From positions 1-32,053 of the forward strand of contig PBSP01000094.1 of assembly GCA_002726845.1 (NCBI GenBank): 32,053 nucleotides of DNA. The letters run 5' to 3'. Shown here one piece after another: positions 17,537 to 26,317 of this stretch (the stretch's first letter is position 1; each line of letters starts with the position of its first letter). The DNA is from Methanobacteriota archaeon (GTDB taxonomy: Archaea; Thermoplasmatota; Poseidoniia; Poseidoniales; Poseidoniaceae). The notes beneath the pieces were generated by a model. It did not search any database and was not told the DNA's origin. It was given only the letters and a program-made list of their open reading frames with translations. A program made the translations under genes and the position numbers.

Positions 17537-18106
17537 TTATTCGGTCGCAACAACAACTCGGGCAGCGCGCAACACACGCTCTTTGTACATGTAACCGGGT
17601 TCAAGTACATCGATGACGATTCCTGCAGGGTATTGCTCCGAGGCTGGAAGTGTCGTAATGGCTTCCATGTGGGAGGGATCAAATTGTTGTCCTTTGGCTT
17701 CTATGGCTTTGATTCCATCAGCCTCAAGTTCTCTCCAAAGTTTGTTTCGCAGCAAACGTAGTCCTTGTGCTACAGGTGATTCATCGTCTTCATCGACTTG
17801 ATCAAGCGCTCGGTCAACATCGTTGAGAATCGGTATCATACGACGTGCAAGTCCTATTCCACCGTATTGAATGAGAGAAGACTTTTCGGCCATCAAACGC
17901 TTGCGAACGTTTTGTATTTCAGCATCCTTGTAAGCGATTTCCTTTTCAGCGGTTTCTGCTCTCTGAAGTGCCTCTTCAAGGGGGTCGGCCGGCTCTACAT
18001 GATCCGACAAATCCATCTGTTCACCGACCTCTTCAAACGAGGGGTTTTCGTCATCGTAGGCATCAGGTGTTTCATCCGAAGGAAGGTCTTCGTTTTCCTC
18101 TGCCAT
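17537..18106 (-). CDS. grpE: nucleotide exchange factor GrpE
   Basis: Acidic N-terminus, AEIQNVRKR coil, LNDVDRAL, FDPSHMEAI, GYMYKERVLRAARVVV; start at ATG 18106 with TTGAAA 25-30 nt upstream. Confidence 0.94.
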   Translation of the reverse strand: MAEENEDLPSDETPDAYDDENPSFEEVGEQMDLSDHVEPADPLEEALQRAETAEKEIAYKDAEIQNVRKRLMAEKSSLIQYGGIGLARRMIPILNDVDRALDQVDEDDESPVAQGLRLLRNKLWRELEADGIKAIEAKGQQFDPSHMEAITTLPASEQYPAGIVIDVLEPGYMYKERVLRAARVVVATE

Positions 18107-18132
18107 GATTCCACCGATACTGATGTGGTCTT

Positions 18133-18849
18133 TCAACCCGACGCTGTTGTGTCTTCAGGGAGTTCATTTGCAATCACGGTAGAGAGATTCCATGAAAACG
18201 TCCCCCACTTGCGGGCTTCTAGGTGATCGCGCCCAATAATAGCGACAAGATTGGCCTCATTACTCCAACGAGTCATCGTGTGCACAAGTGCCTTTGCAGC
18301 CCGATCATGGGCTTCAAACGTCGGTACGATTCTTGGGTCTTCCTTTTCATCCATCGTTTCCCCTAGCTCTTTTCGGCGCTCCATCCAATCAAGACAAACG
18401 CGCTCCGCATATTCTTGTTCAGGGAGGTTTCCAAGTGCTTGACAAACTCGGTCCCATGTCTCTCCTGCATACAATTCTGCTTCCCCTTCAATTGTCTTGG
18501 CTAATGCAACATCGAGGTACATATAGGCGCGTCCTTCCCATGCTTCCCAAGCACCAGGACTCGCCCATTGCATAGCCAACAGCAAGCCTTTCTCGCCATC
18601 ACCCGAACTTTGCAGGCATGACCAAAAAGAGGCGGATTCATTCAAATCTCGGTTTTGTGTATCCATCCAATCCAACAACTCCGCTTCAGCATCAATATCA
18701 AAATTAACTTTCAAACGCGAATCTTGAGGTGGGCGAATCGATCTCAGCATTCGTTTATCCAAACCAGCGTAGACATCGCTCCAAGAGGAAGAAACCAGTT
18801 CCCTAAGGCTCGGGACATCGACGAGGAGAACGATGGTTTCAATGCCCAT
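18133..18849 (-). CDS. hypothetical protein (acidic, Trp-rich, soluble)
   Basis: 238-aa ATG-started ORF that fills the gap, with CTCAAA 25-30 nt upstream; no family recognised. Confidence 0.72.
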   Translation of the reverse strand: MGIETIVLLVDVPSLRELVSSSWSDVYAGLDKRMLRSIRPPQDSRLKVNFDIDAEAELLDWMDTQNRDLNESASFWSCLQSSGDGEKGLLLAMQWASPGAWEAWEGRAYMYLDVALAKTIEGEAELYAGETWDRVCQALGNLPEQEYAERVCLDWMERRKELGETMDEKEDPRIVPTFEAHDRAAKALVHTMTRWSNEANLVAIIGRDHLEARKWGTFSWNLSTVIANELPEDTTASG

Positions 18850-18980
18850 GGGTTAATCCAAGGTCAACCCTTCTTTGAGGCATTCGGCTGCTCACGAATA
18901 CAATGGTTTGGAAAAAAACAGAAAGAAAAGGCAACAGCCTTGAAGAACAAGGGCTGTTCCACGAAAACAGGGGGGTTCTT

Positions 18981-20096
18981 GTGGCGACCATCAAGGAGCA
19001 AATCGAAATGATTCGCGCCGAGATTGACAAGACGCAGAAAAACAAAGCTACGAACGCCCACATTGGAAAATTGAAAGCGAAAATTGCCCAATTGAAAATC
19101 AAAGAAGAAAAAGCTGCAGCACACTCAAAAGCCAGCGGTGGTGGCAAGGGATTTGAAGTCAAAAAATCTGGAGATGCTACCGTTTCATTGGTTGGTTTCC
19201 CCTCCGTTGGGAAATCCACGCTCATTTCCAAAGTCACTGATGCTCAATCGGAGACAGGTGGCTATGCGTTCACAACGTTGACATGCATTCCTGGTGTAAT
19301 GGAGCACCGTGGCGCAAAGATTCAGATTCTGGATCTTCCAGGTCTTATCAAAGGGGCTGCAGAAGGAAAAGGACGAGGAAAAGAAATCCTCAACGTCATT
19401 CGTTCATCGGACATGGTTCTCTACATTGTCGATCCGTTTCAGGACGGTCATTTTAGTGTCCTTCACCGTGAATTACACAACTCTGGATTGCGGTTGAATC
19501 AGCAAAAACCACCTGTTTTCATCAAACGTGTCGATAAGGGAGGTATCGATGTACGAACGACCGTGGAACAAACCCATCTAACACCTGAAGAGATGGGAGA
19601 AATCATTCGATCGTTTGGTTATACTTCTGCCATCGTAACGCTTCGACAGAACACAACCGCTGAGCAGATTGTCGATTGTCTTGCAGGGAACATCGTCTAT
19701 GAAAAAGCCGTGATTGCCATCAACAAAATCGATATTGCAACTCCTGAGGACATTCAACGAGCAAGATCAGGCTTGCCAGAAGATTGGCCCATTATGGAAA
19801 TTTCAGCTTTCAAAGACATCGGTCTTACCGAATTGAAGGATTTCATTTACGACAATCTTGGCTTCATGCGCGTGTTCCTCAAGCCTCAAGGTCAAGAGGC
19901 CGATTTGGAAGAGCCACTGATCGTTAAGGACGACTCGACTGTAGAAACCATTTGCAACAAATTGCATCGCGACTTCGTGCGGAAATTCCGATTTGCACGG
20001 ATTAAAGGGCCATCTGCAAAATTTGACTGGCAGCGAGTTGGGCTAGATCACCAACTCAAAGATGGCGACCTGTTAACCATCGTGGTGAAACGATGA
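18981..20096 (+). CDS. DRG/Rbg-family OBG GTPase with C-terminal TGS domain
   Basis: TQKNKATNAHIGKLKAK, GFPSVGKST, YAFTTLT, DLPGLIKGA, NKID, ISA, TGS QRVGLDHQLKDGD. Start placed at GTG 18981 (MATIKEQI) after GGGGGG. Confidence 0.93.
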   Translation: MATIKEQIEMIRAEIDKTQKNKATNAHIGKLKAKIAQLKIKEEKAAAHSKASGGGKGFEVKKSGDATVSLVGFPSVGKSTLISKVTDAQSETGGYAFTTLTCIPGVMEHRGAKIQILDLPGLIKGAAEGKGRGKEILNVIRSSDMVLYIVDPFQDGHFSVLHRELHNSGLRLNQQKPPVFIKRVDKGGIDVRTTVEQTHLTPEEMGEIIRSFGYTSAIVTLRQNTTAEQIVDCLAGNIVYEKAVIAINKIDIATPEDIQRARSGLPEDWPIMEISAFKDIGLTELKDFIYDNLGFMRVFLKPQGQEADLEEPLIVKDDSTVETICNKLHRDFVRKFRFARIKGPSAKFDWQRVGLDHQLKDGDLLTIVVKR

Positions 20097-20506
20097 AACA
20101 CGTTTGGCGGTATCACAAAGATGCCCTTGGAATCGGTTTGGGACTGTTTTTCCTCAATGTTGGAATCATGCATTTCACCGATGTTGAGTGGTTCACCCCT
20201 ATCGTCCCGGAAATTCTTCCCTTCAGTGCGGAATTTTGGGTCATTGTGAGCGGTATTCCAGAGGTTTTGTGTGGAATAGGATTGATCGTTCCACGCACTC
20301 GTAAAGTTGCAGGTAAAGCGACTGTTGTGCTTCTCATTGTCTTGTATTGGGGAAATCTCAACATGTGGATTAACGACATTCCCTTGGATGGGAACACCTT
20401 TCCGCAATGGGCACATGTGTTGCGTGCTTTCGCACAATTGGCCATGATCGGTATCGCAGCTTATTTGGGTGAGTGGATTCCTGAAATTCGTTCATCAAAA
20501 GATTAG
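20093..20506 (+). CDS. DoxX-like small membrane protein
   Basis: GIMHF, IVP, VSGIPEVLCGIGL, GNLNM, LRAFAQ pattern with about 4 TM segments; ATGA overlap with drg. Confidence 0.75.
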   Translation: MKHVWRYHKDALGIGLGLFFLNVGIMHFTDVEWFTPIVPEILPFSAEFWVIVSGIPEVLCGIGLIVPRTRKVAGKATVVLLIVLYWGNLNMWINDIPLDGNTFPQWAHVLRAFAQLAMIGIAAYLGEWIPEIRSSKD

Positions 20507-23500
20507 TTCCATTTGTCATCACCATCGTGTCCGTTTCGAACACGAACGAAGGCAACAAGGAGAACCAAGACCGTGAGAAGGATACCAATCTGAAGAATTC
20601 CGTTTGAGAGCATTGATGCGTTCTCATCACCTTCAATCGTGTTGTTTTTATCGTTTGACATCGACGGGGTTGGTTCGACATTTGAACCCTCGATGTCGAC
20701 GGTGATGGAGATGCTGCTCTCGTTCATGTTCCCTGATGCATCGGCACTTCGGACTACAATTGTGTAGTCTCCATTTGCGTAGGTTTCTGTAACATATTGG
20801 TGGTTCTTGTTGGTTGCAAATTCATCGGTATGAATGACAATTCCTCCTACTAGAACTTCTTCTGTAGCGCTTTCTGAAGTGTACCATTCAACTTTGATAC
20901 GTCCATCTTCAAGCACCTCTGCATCTAAATTCAGAAGTTCTGGTGGGGTTTCGTCCACAACATTGCTGGTATTGAAGTACAAGAGAACATCCTCTGAGTT
21001 GTTTGCTCGAATAAAAACCCAGTATGGAGTACCGACATCCAGACCTGTTAATGTGATGGCATGATCGGTTCCTGTCGGTGTCTCAAATCGATTTGTTGTT
21101 GAATCCACAGGTTCCACATCTGCTGGAGCATAATGAATCGAAGTGGAATCCGAAACCGTCGTCGACCATGTGATTACAGCACTTGACGAGGTCACGGTTT
21201 CGATCGATGCGCCAAAGATTTGTTGCGGTATTTCCGGCATTTCAAAACCGGTCAGTTTCGCATAAATGTGTCCCTCAACATCGTAGGAAGAAAGCATCTC
21301 CTCTTGACCTGAACCGTTGAGAATCATGTCGATAATGTTGGGGTCATAGTCGATTCCGTCATCCGACGCAGGATCGGAACCTCCACCAAGCGTCCACGTT
21401 GAAGGTGACGCGTCAACATCTCGCCATTTACCTGTACCGAAACCGTCTTGACTTCCGATGACAACAATGTATCGGTAATTCGGTATGTCGTCTCCGATGA
21501 CGTCCTTGCTAACGGTGAAGGTGATCGTCTTTGCATCGACATCACCAGAAACATCGACACCACGAGAGGATGTACTCCCAGTCTGAGATTGGACAGCGAG
21601 TACCGCTCCAGGTTCGCCTGTACCACTGATGGCAACTTCCCAAGCCCAAGCGTCATCAATGAGCGCGTTGGCTCCGCTGAGCATTTCGGTTGAACCGTAA
21701 GACGTCTCCCCTTGATCCACATAAATTTGAACGATTTGGTGACTGAAACCGTTGCTTAGACTCCATATGTCGGTCATCTCATCCATCTCGAGAATAAACT
21801 GCGCATTCCAAGCACTTTGACGAATTGTCAGTTTCTTGGCGTCCCATAAACCACCGTTGTTCGGAGTTGCAAAGTCGCTTGAAAGTGGATAGATGTAATC
21901 CCCATCTCCTGTTTCATCACCAATCGCATCATCAAGTTCCAGCAGTGTTACCCACTGTTCAAGATCGGGAAGGACGACTTCTGCTGGAGCCGGTGGGGCC
22001 ATTTCTGTGTCAACCCCATCACCGTATGCGAGCGAGGTTGCCAAGGAAGCGACAACCTTGATTCTGGTTGAATAGCGCGGCGCGAGCCCAATTTCAGACC
22101 ACGGTATCATGAATTCGTAGACATCTTGTACGGCACAACCTCCGAGCGATGAACTTCCCGTACGGACCCATTGCTCTTGTTCACCGTTCTTTCCTTTCGC
22201 CGAAAAGAGGCTCCACTTGGCACGACCGTCGTCTCGTAATGTATCAAAATCAAAGGCAACCATGTATTTTGAAGGAAAACCAAGAATCTGATTACCGTAA
22301 TACGTTCGGAAATTGGTCTCCGCCTCGTTGAAGTTGACTGCGTTTGGTTGCATGAAGTACAGCGCCAAATCAGGGGAAGCCCCCTCAAGAGACGTGTTTG
22401 CAAGTTGGTCAACTGTTGTCGCATCGACACGAACAAATACGTTGGATGCGTCATAACCAATGTAAAATTCCTCAATGTCAAATGGATTGCCTTCCACCGG
22501 TGCTTCATACCGTGCCGCTCCATCCCATTCTCCTGGAAGGGCTACGCCGTCAATCATCGGTTCGATGATCGCTGATGCGGCTGGCGAGGGAACAGCTGGG
22601 TTGGTCCAGAGGTCTTGGAGATACGGAGGAAGATCAAGATTTACAGCACGATAGATGTTTGACAAATGGACTTTAAACAACACATCCCAATTTTCATCAT
22701 AACCGCTGTCCTGATCGAGGCCATACCACCAAAACCAATCGCTTCCTTCAGCGATATACAACGATTCCCATGCTGCTTCAAGACCGGGGTCATCTGGATA
22801 ATCCTCTTCAAACTTAACGAGTTTCTGACGGGCCTCTACCAAACGTTGCCATGCAAGGGATTCTTCTTCCTCACCTGCCCAAGTCCGTAGTGTACCATCA
22901 ATCCATGACCCAGTACCGATGGTCTGTATCTCAGGCAATGTCGGTTCGGTTTCAAGGAATTCACTCGGCGTTGTTGTCACAATCGTAGGATGCGTAGCAA
23001 GACGTCCGTACCACTCGGACATAAACGGCCGAGCGTTGTCTTGATGCTGAAATTCCGACATAAACATCCAGTTTTCACCATCCAGTGCCACGGTCAAGAG
23101 ATATTCTGATGGATCCTCACCAGCATCGAGAAGTTGTTGGCGGATGTTGTCCAAATACGCAATAAAGTCCGATACTGCTGCTTCTGGAGTCATCGTCCCG
23201 TATTGGAACGCTATGCGGTCGGATATAACGCGGTCGCGGAAAATTACAGCTACTTCTCCGCCGTCGACTCCGGTGACTTTCCATGGCGTTGCGAGGTTTG
23301 TGGCGTCTTCAACATCGATGTACGCGCCATTCTGATCTGTGGATTGTTTGAGAATTTCTTCGTCCGTCACCATCCATTCAATCCCAACATCGGTTACAGG
23401 TTGTACCATCGCAGGAGAAACCGCTTCTTCACTTGGCCACATCCCTGTTGGTCGGAATCCGAGTTCCTGTTCAAACAGGTCCATTCCGGTAATGAGATGG

Positions 23501-24972
23501 TTTTGCACGTCTTCAGGCCAAGCCTCTTTGTTGACACGGATTCCGTCCTCCATCGTCCATCCGTCCATCATCAACAAGGGCATGATTGGGTGATAGTATG
23601 GAGTTGTTGTCAGTTCAACCTGTCCTTGAGCAGCAAGCTCGCTATACATTGGCAAAACGTTGCCCATGTGCGCATGCTGGGCATCGAGAACATAATTCAG
23701 GTCGGCCAAATCGTAATTTCCATTTTGCATGAACAAGTCGATGAGACCCTGATCACGATGACTGGAATTGTAGGTTCCAAGGACATAATCGGGTGAAAAT
23801 TGATACAGATACCACAAGACTTGGAGGTCAAGGAAATCTTGTGGAGGAAGGAGGTCGTCATCCATGATCGTGGCTGGTTTGAGGTTGTGAAGTGTTGCAT
23901 CGTAGAGTTCTTTGTACCGGTCGCTCGAAGGATACAACCATCCTAGTTTGGAATCTTCTGCAGACACGTTGTAAATCCAACCGCTGTTCCAGAAGGATTG
24001 GAATTGCATGGTATGCAGTTCAAGATCCGTTGCGTTTGGATAGCCGCCCGTTGCCCATGAGCGTTTGGCAATGTCCGTGTGAACATCGAGTGTTTCTTGC
24101 TCGTGGTAATCCACCAATTGCTCGATGAATGAAGGTACGAGGTTGTAGGTTACTTTCGTGTTTGTGTCTGCAAGAATACCAGGGGAGTCTACGTACTCTG
24201 TCATTGCGTGAACGCGGACCCAAGGCATCTCGTACATGCCGGTAAGTTTGTTTTTGTAATACGGTTGGTGCTGATGAAAAACAATGGCGAGGTTGAGTGC
24301 GTCATCGACTTTTCCAGCCGCTGCTGGTTGTACAACAGGAAGTTGACTCGGGTTTGTGACGTTGTCAACATTCTCGATGTGCCATGCATGCGTGAATGTT
24401 TCAGCACCGTTGTTGCTTGCTGGGTTTTGCTCAGGAAACGATGACCAAACGTTTCCTTCATTTTGCCATTGTGCGTACATCATAACATCGAGTGACGTGG
24501 GTGAGCCAAGTTCCGACCATGGTAGGGAGAATTCAGTCACTTTGTTTCCGTTCCATCCAGCATACAAATCAACAACTGTTGAACTCTCAACCCATGAAGT
24601 CCCATCGTATGCAATCAACCGAAAATAGGAATCATCCTCGAGGACAAATCCATAATCAGCAGCAAATGGAAGCGTGTGGGAGAAACCCCAATCCTTACTC
24701 AACACAGAACCGGCGCTTGTTGTGTTGAAGTACACGAACAAATCTGCGCCTTCAGATGTTGCTTTCCAATCCGTACCATTCCAACCAATGTACAAATTCG
24801 TCGCATCCCAAGTCAGATGCAGATCAATGTTACTGCTCGACATTTGACTATCGGAATCCCACTCACTCAAATCCCCATCCACGGTTATGGTAGACGGAGT
24901 AAGGCCAACAGAAAACACACCAAGCGTTGAGGTTACGAAAAGCATGGCCAAAACCACGGCACTTCTGCGCAT
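20503..24972 (-). CDS. secreted, C-terminally anchored GH57 amylopullulanase with DOMON/CBM9-like and FN3-like modules
   Basis: Signal peptide; GH57 motifs FHQHQP, WVRVHA, PYYHPIMPL, WPSE (nucleophile), ALDGENW (acid/base), AEGSDWFWW; glucodextranase-C-like DAIGDETGDGDYIYP...QIVQIYVD; FN3-like repeats; C-terminal TM followed by a basic motif. Confidence 0.92.
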   Translation of the reverse strand: MRRSAVVLAMLFVTSTLGVFSVGLTPSTITVDGDLSEWDSDSQMSSSNIDLHLTWDATNLYIGWNGTDWKATSEGADLFVYFNTTSAGSVLSKDWGFSHTLPFAADYGFVLEDDSYFRLIAYDGTSWVESSTVVDLYAGWNGNKVTEFSLPWSELGSPTSLDVMMYAQWQNEGNVWSSFPEQNPASNNGAETFTHAWHIENVDNVTNPSQLPVVQPAAAGKVDDALNLAIVFHQHQPYYKNKLTGMYEMPWVRVHAMTEYVDSPGILADTNTKVTYNLVPSFIEQLVDYHEQETLDVHTDIAKRSWATGGYPNATDLELHTMQFQSFWNSGWIYNVSAEDSKLGWLYPSSDRYKELYDATLHNLKPATIMDDDLLPPQDFLDLQVLWYLYQFSPDYVLGTYNSSHRDQGLIDLFMQNGNYDLADLNYVLDAQHAHMGNVLPMYSELAAQGQVELTTTPYYHPIMPLLMMDGWTMEDGIRVNKEAWPEDVQNHLITGMDLFEQELGFRPTGMWPSEEAVSPAMVQPVTDVGIEWMVTDEEILKQSTDQNGAYIDVEDATNLATPWKVTGVDGGEVAVIFRDRVISDRIAFQYGTMTPEAAVSDFIAYLDNIRQQLLDAGEDPSEYLLTVALDGENWMFMSEFQHQDNARPFMSEWYGRLATHPTIVTTTPSEFLETEPTLPEIQTIGTGSWIDGTLRTWAGEEEESLAWQRLVEARQKLVKFEEDYPDDPGLEAAWESLYIAEGSDWFWWYGLDQDSGYDENWDVLFKVHLSNIYRAVNLDLPPYLQDLWTNPAVPSPAASAIIEPMIDGVALPGEWDGAARYEAPVEGNPFDIEEFYIGYDASNVFVRVDATTVDQLANTSLEGASPDLALYFMQPNAVNFNEAETNFRTYYGNQILGFPSKYMVAFDFDTLRDDGRAKWSLFSAKGKNGEQEQWVRTGSSSLGGCAVQDVYEFMIPWSEIGLAPRYSTRIKVVASLATSLAYGDGVDTEMAPPAPAEVVLPDLEQWVTLLELDDAIGDETGDGDYIYPLSSDFATPNNGGLWDAKKLTIRQSAWNAQFILEMDEMTDIWSLSNGFSHQIVQIYVDQGETSYGSTEMLSGANALIDDAWAWEVAISGTGEPGAVLAVQSQTGSTSSRGVDVSGDVDAKTITFTVSKDVIGDDIPNYRYIVVIGSQDGFGTGKWRDVDASPSTWTLGGGSDPASDDGIDYDPNIIDMILNGSGQEEMLSSYDVEGHIYAKLTGFEMPEIPQQIFGASIETVTSSSAVITWSTTVSDSTSIHYAPADVEPVDSTTNRFETPTGTDHAITLTGLDVGTPYWVFIRANNSEDVLLYFNTSNVVDETPPELLNLDAEVLEDGRIKVEWYTSESATEEVLVGGIVIHTDEFATNKNHQYVTETYANGDYTIVVRSADASGNMNESSISITVDIEGSNVEPTPSMSNDKNNTIEGDENASMLSNGILQIGILLTVLVLLVAFVRVRNGHDGDDKWN

Positions 24973-24983
24973 GGCTCGACCGT

Positions 24984-24994
24984 AGAAATGATAA
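24984..24994 (+). promoter_or_regulatory. putative promoter/operator motif AGAAATGATAA upstream of malQ
   Basis: 10/11 identical to the motif upstream of the phosphorylase gene and at the same distance (starts at -32 vs -33). Confidence 0.5.
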
Positions 24995-25015
24995 TTTGAA
25001 AGGCTTTGCAGTAAG

Positions 25016-26272
25016 ATGATGGAGTCAAAACAAGAAAGCGGTGTTCTCTGTCATATCACTTCTCTTCCAGAGCAAAAATTGTCTCAAGGCTACCGTTTCG
25101 TCGACTGGCTCAAGGAAAAGGGATTCTCGTACTGGCAATTGTTGCCGCTGACACCTCCTGACGAATACCGATCGCCGTATGCATCACCTTCTGCATTCGC
25201 AGGTTGGGACGATTTGACCAAGTCCACCCAATCTCATGCTATGGACGATGAAGCGCATTGGCTTGAGGACTGGGCATTGTATTGCGCAATCAAGGATGAT
25301 CAAAACGGAAAACCATGGTATGAATGGCCCGATTCATTGAAAAACCGCAACGAAGAAGCTCTTGCACCATATCAGAAAAAACTAGAACCGTACCTTCAAG
25401 CACAGCGCTCTTTCAATACAGAGTGGCAAGAGTTACGTCTATACGCCAATGCCAATGGAGTGCGTGTGATTGGTGACGTTCCTATTTTTATCGCCCATGA
25501 TTCTGCTGACGTGTGGGCGCATCGAGAGTTGTTTCAACTCGATGATGACGGTTATCCTACGTTCGTTGCGGGTGTGCCTCCTGATTACTTTAGTGAAACT
25601 GGACAGGTATGGGAAACGGTGCTTTACAATTGGGATGCGCATCGTGAAGAGCAATGGACCTGGTGGAAAGAACGCATGAAACGGATGTTCCGATTGTACG
25701 ATATCGTTCGAATTGATCACTTCAGGGGATTTCACTCGAACTGGGCCATCCCATACCCTGGTATCGATGCAAGAACGGGCCACTGGCAAGATGGGCCAAA
25801 AGACGAACTGTTTGAACAGATTATGAGACTCGTCGAATCACCGGACCAAATTATAGCAGAGGATTTGGGCATAATCCCAAAGGAAGTTGTTGCATTCCGA
25901 CAGCGTCAACAACTCAAGGGCATGGCGGTTCTTCAATTCGGATTCACAGGTGATTTAGACACCAATCCTCACCATCCTGCGAACATTCTCGAGGACCAAG
26001 TCGTCTATACTGGAACACACGACAACAACACTGCTATTGGATGGTTTCAATCCGCAACTGCTACAGAACAATCTCGTTTGAAATCGTTATCCATCGCAGG
26101 AGAAAACGTTCACGAGACAATGATGCGACTTGCTCAACAGTCAAAGGCTCCCATTGCAATTATCCCATTGCAAGATTATCTTGGACTCGGATCTGAAGCA
26201 AGGATGAACACACCCGGACAAAAGGGTCAAAATTGGGGATGGACATTTACCTGGCGAGATCTTGAAAGGTGA
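25016..26272 (+). CDS. malQ: 4-alpha-glucanotransferase (amylomaltase, GH77)
   Basis: SGVLCHITSLP, WQLLPL, SPYASPSAFAG, GDVPIFI, GVPPDYFS, RIDHFRG, AEDLG, YTGTHDNNT, RMNTPG; catalytic D/E/D present. Confidence 0.95.
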   Translation: MMESKQESGVLCHITSLPEQKLSQGYRFVDWLKEKGFSYWQLLPLTPPDEYRSPYASPSAFAGWDDLTKSTQSHAMDDEAHWLEDWALYCAIKDDQNGKPWYEWPDSLKNRNEEALAPYQKKLEPYLQAQRSFNTEWQELRLYANANGVRVIGDVPIFIAHDSADVWAHRELFQLDDDGYPTFVAGVPPDYFSETGQVWETVLYNWDAHREEQWTWWKERMKRMFRLYDIVRIDHFRGFHSNWAIPYPGIDARTGHWQDGPKDELFEQIMRLVESPDQIIAEDLGIIPKEVVAFRQRQQLKGMAVLQFGFTGDLDTNPHHPANILEDQVVYTGTHDNNTAIGWFQSATATEQSRLKSLSIAGENVHETMMRLAQQSKAPIAIIPLQDYLGLGSEARMNTPGQKGQNWGWTFTWRDLER

Positions 26273-26284
26273 TTTCATTAACAA

Positions 26285-26295
26285 AGAAATCATAA
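26285..26295 (+). promoter_or_regulatory. putative promoter/operator motif AGAAATCATAA upstream of the phosphorylase gene
   Basis: Matches the malQ upstream motif and overlaps the right arm of the inverted repeat TGATTTC-N9-GAAATCA (26270-26292). Confidence 0.5.
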
Positions 26296-26317
26296 CCTAA
26301 CTTGAAGAGCGCAACAT

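Noticed and set aside
18903-18980. 26-aa N-terminal extension of the DRG GTPase
   Set aside because: It runs through promoter-like A-rich and hairpin sequence; the DRG-like N-terminus begins at GTG 18981.
23134-23796. 220-aa plus-strand ORF
   Set aside because: Antisense shadow of the GH57 catalytic domain.
24973-25015. Thermococcales glycolytic (TGM/TrmBL1) motif TATCAC-N5-GTGATA
   Set aside because: Not present here or before the phosphorylase gene.
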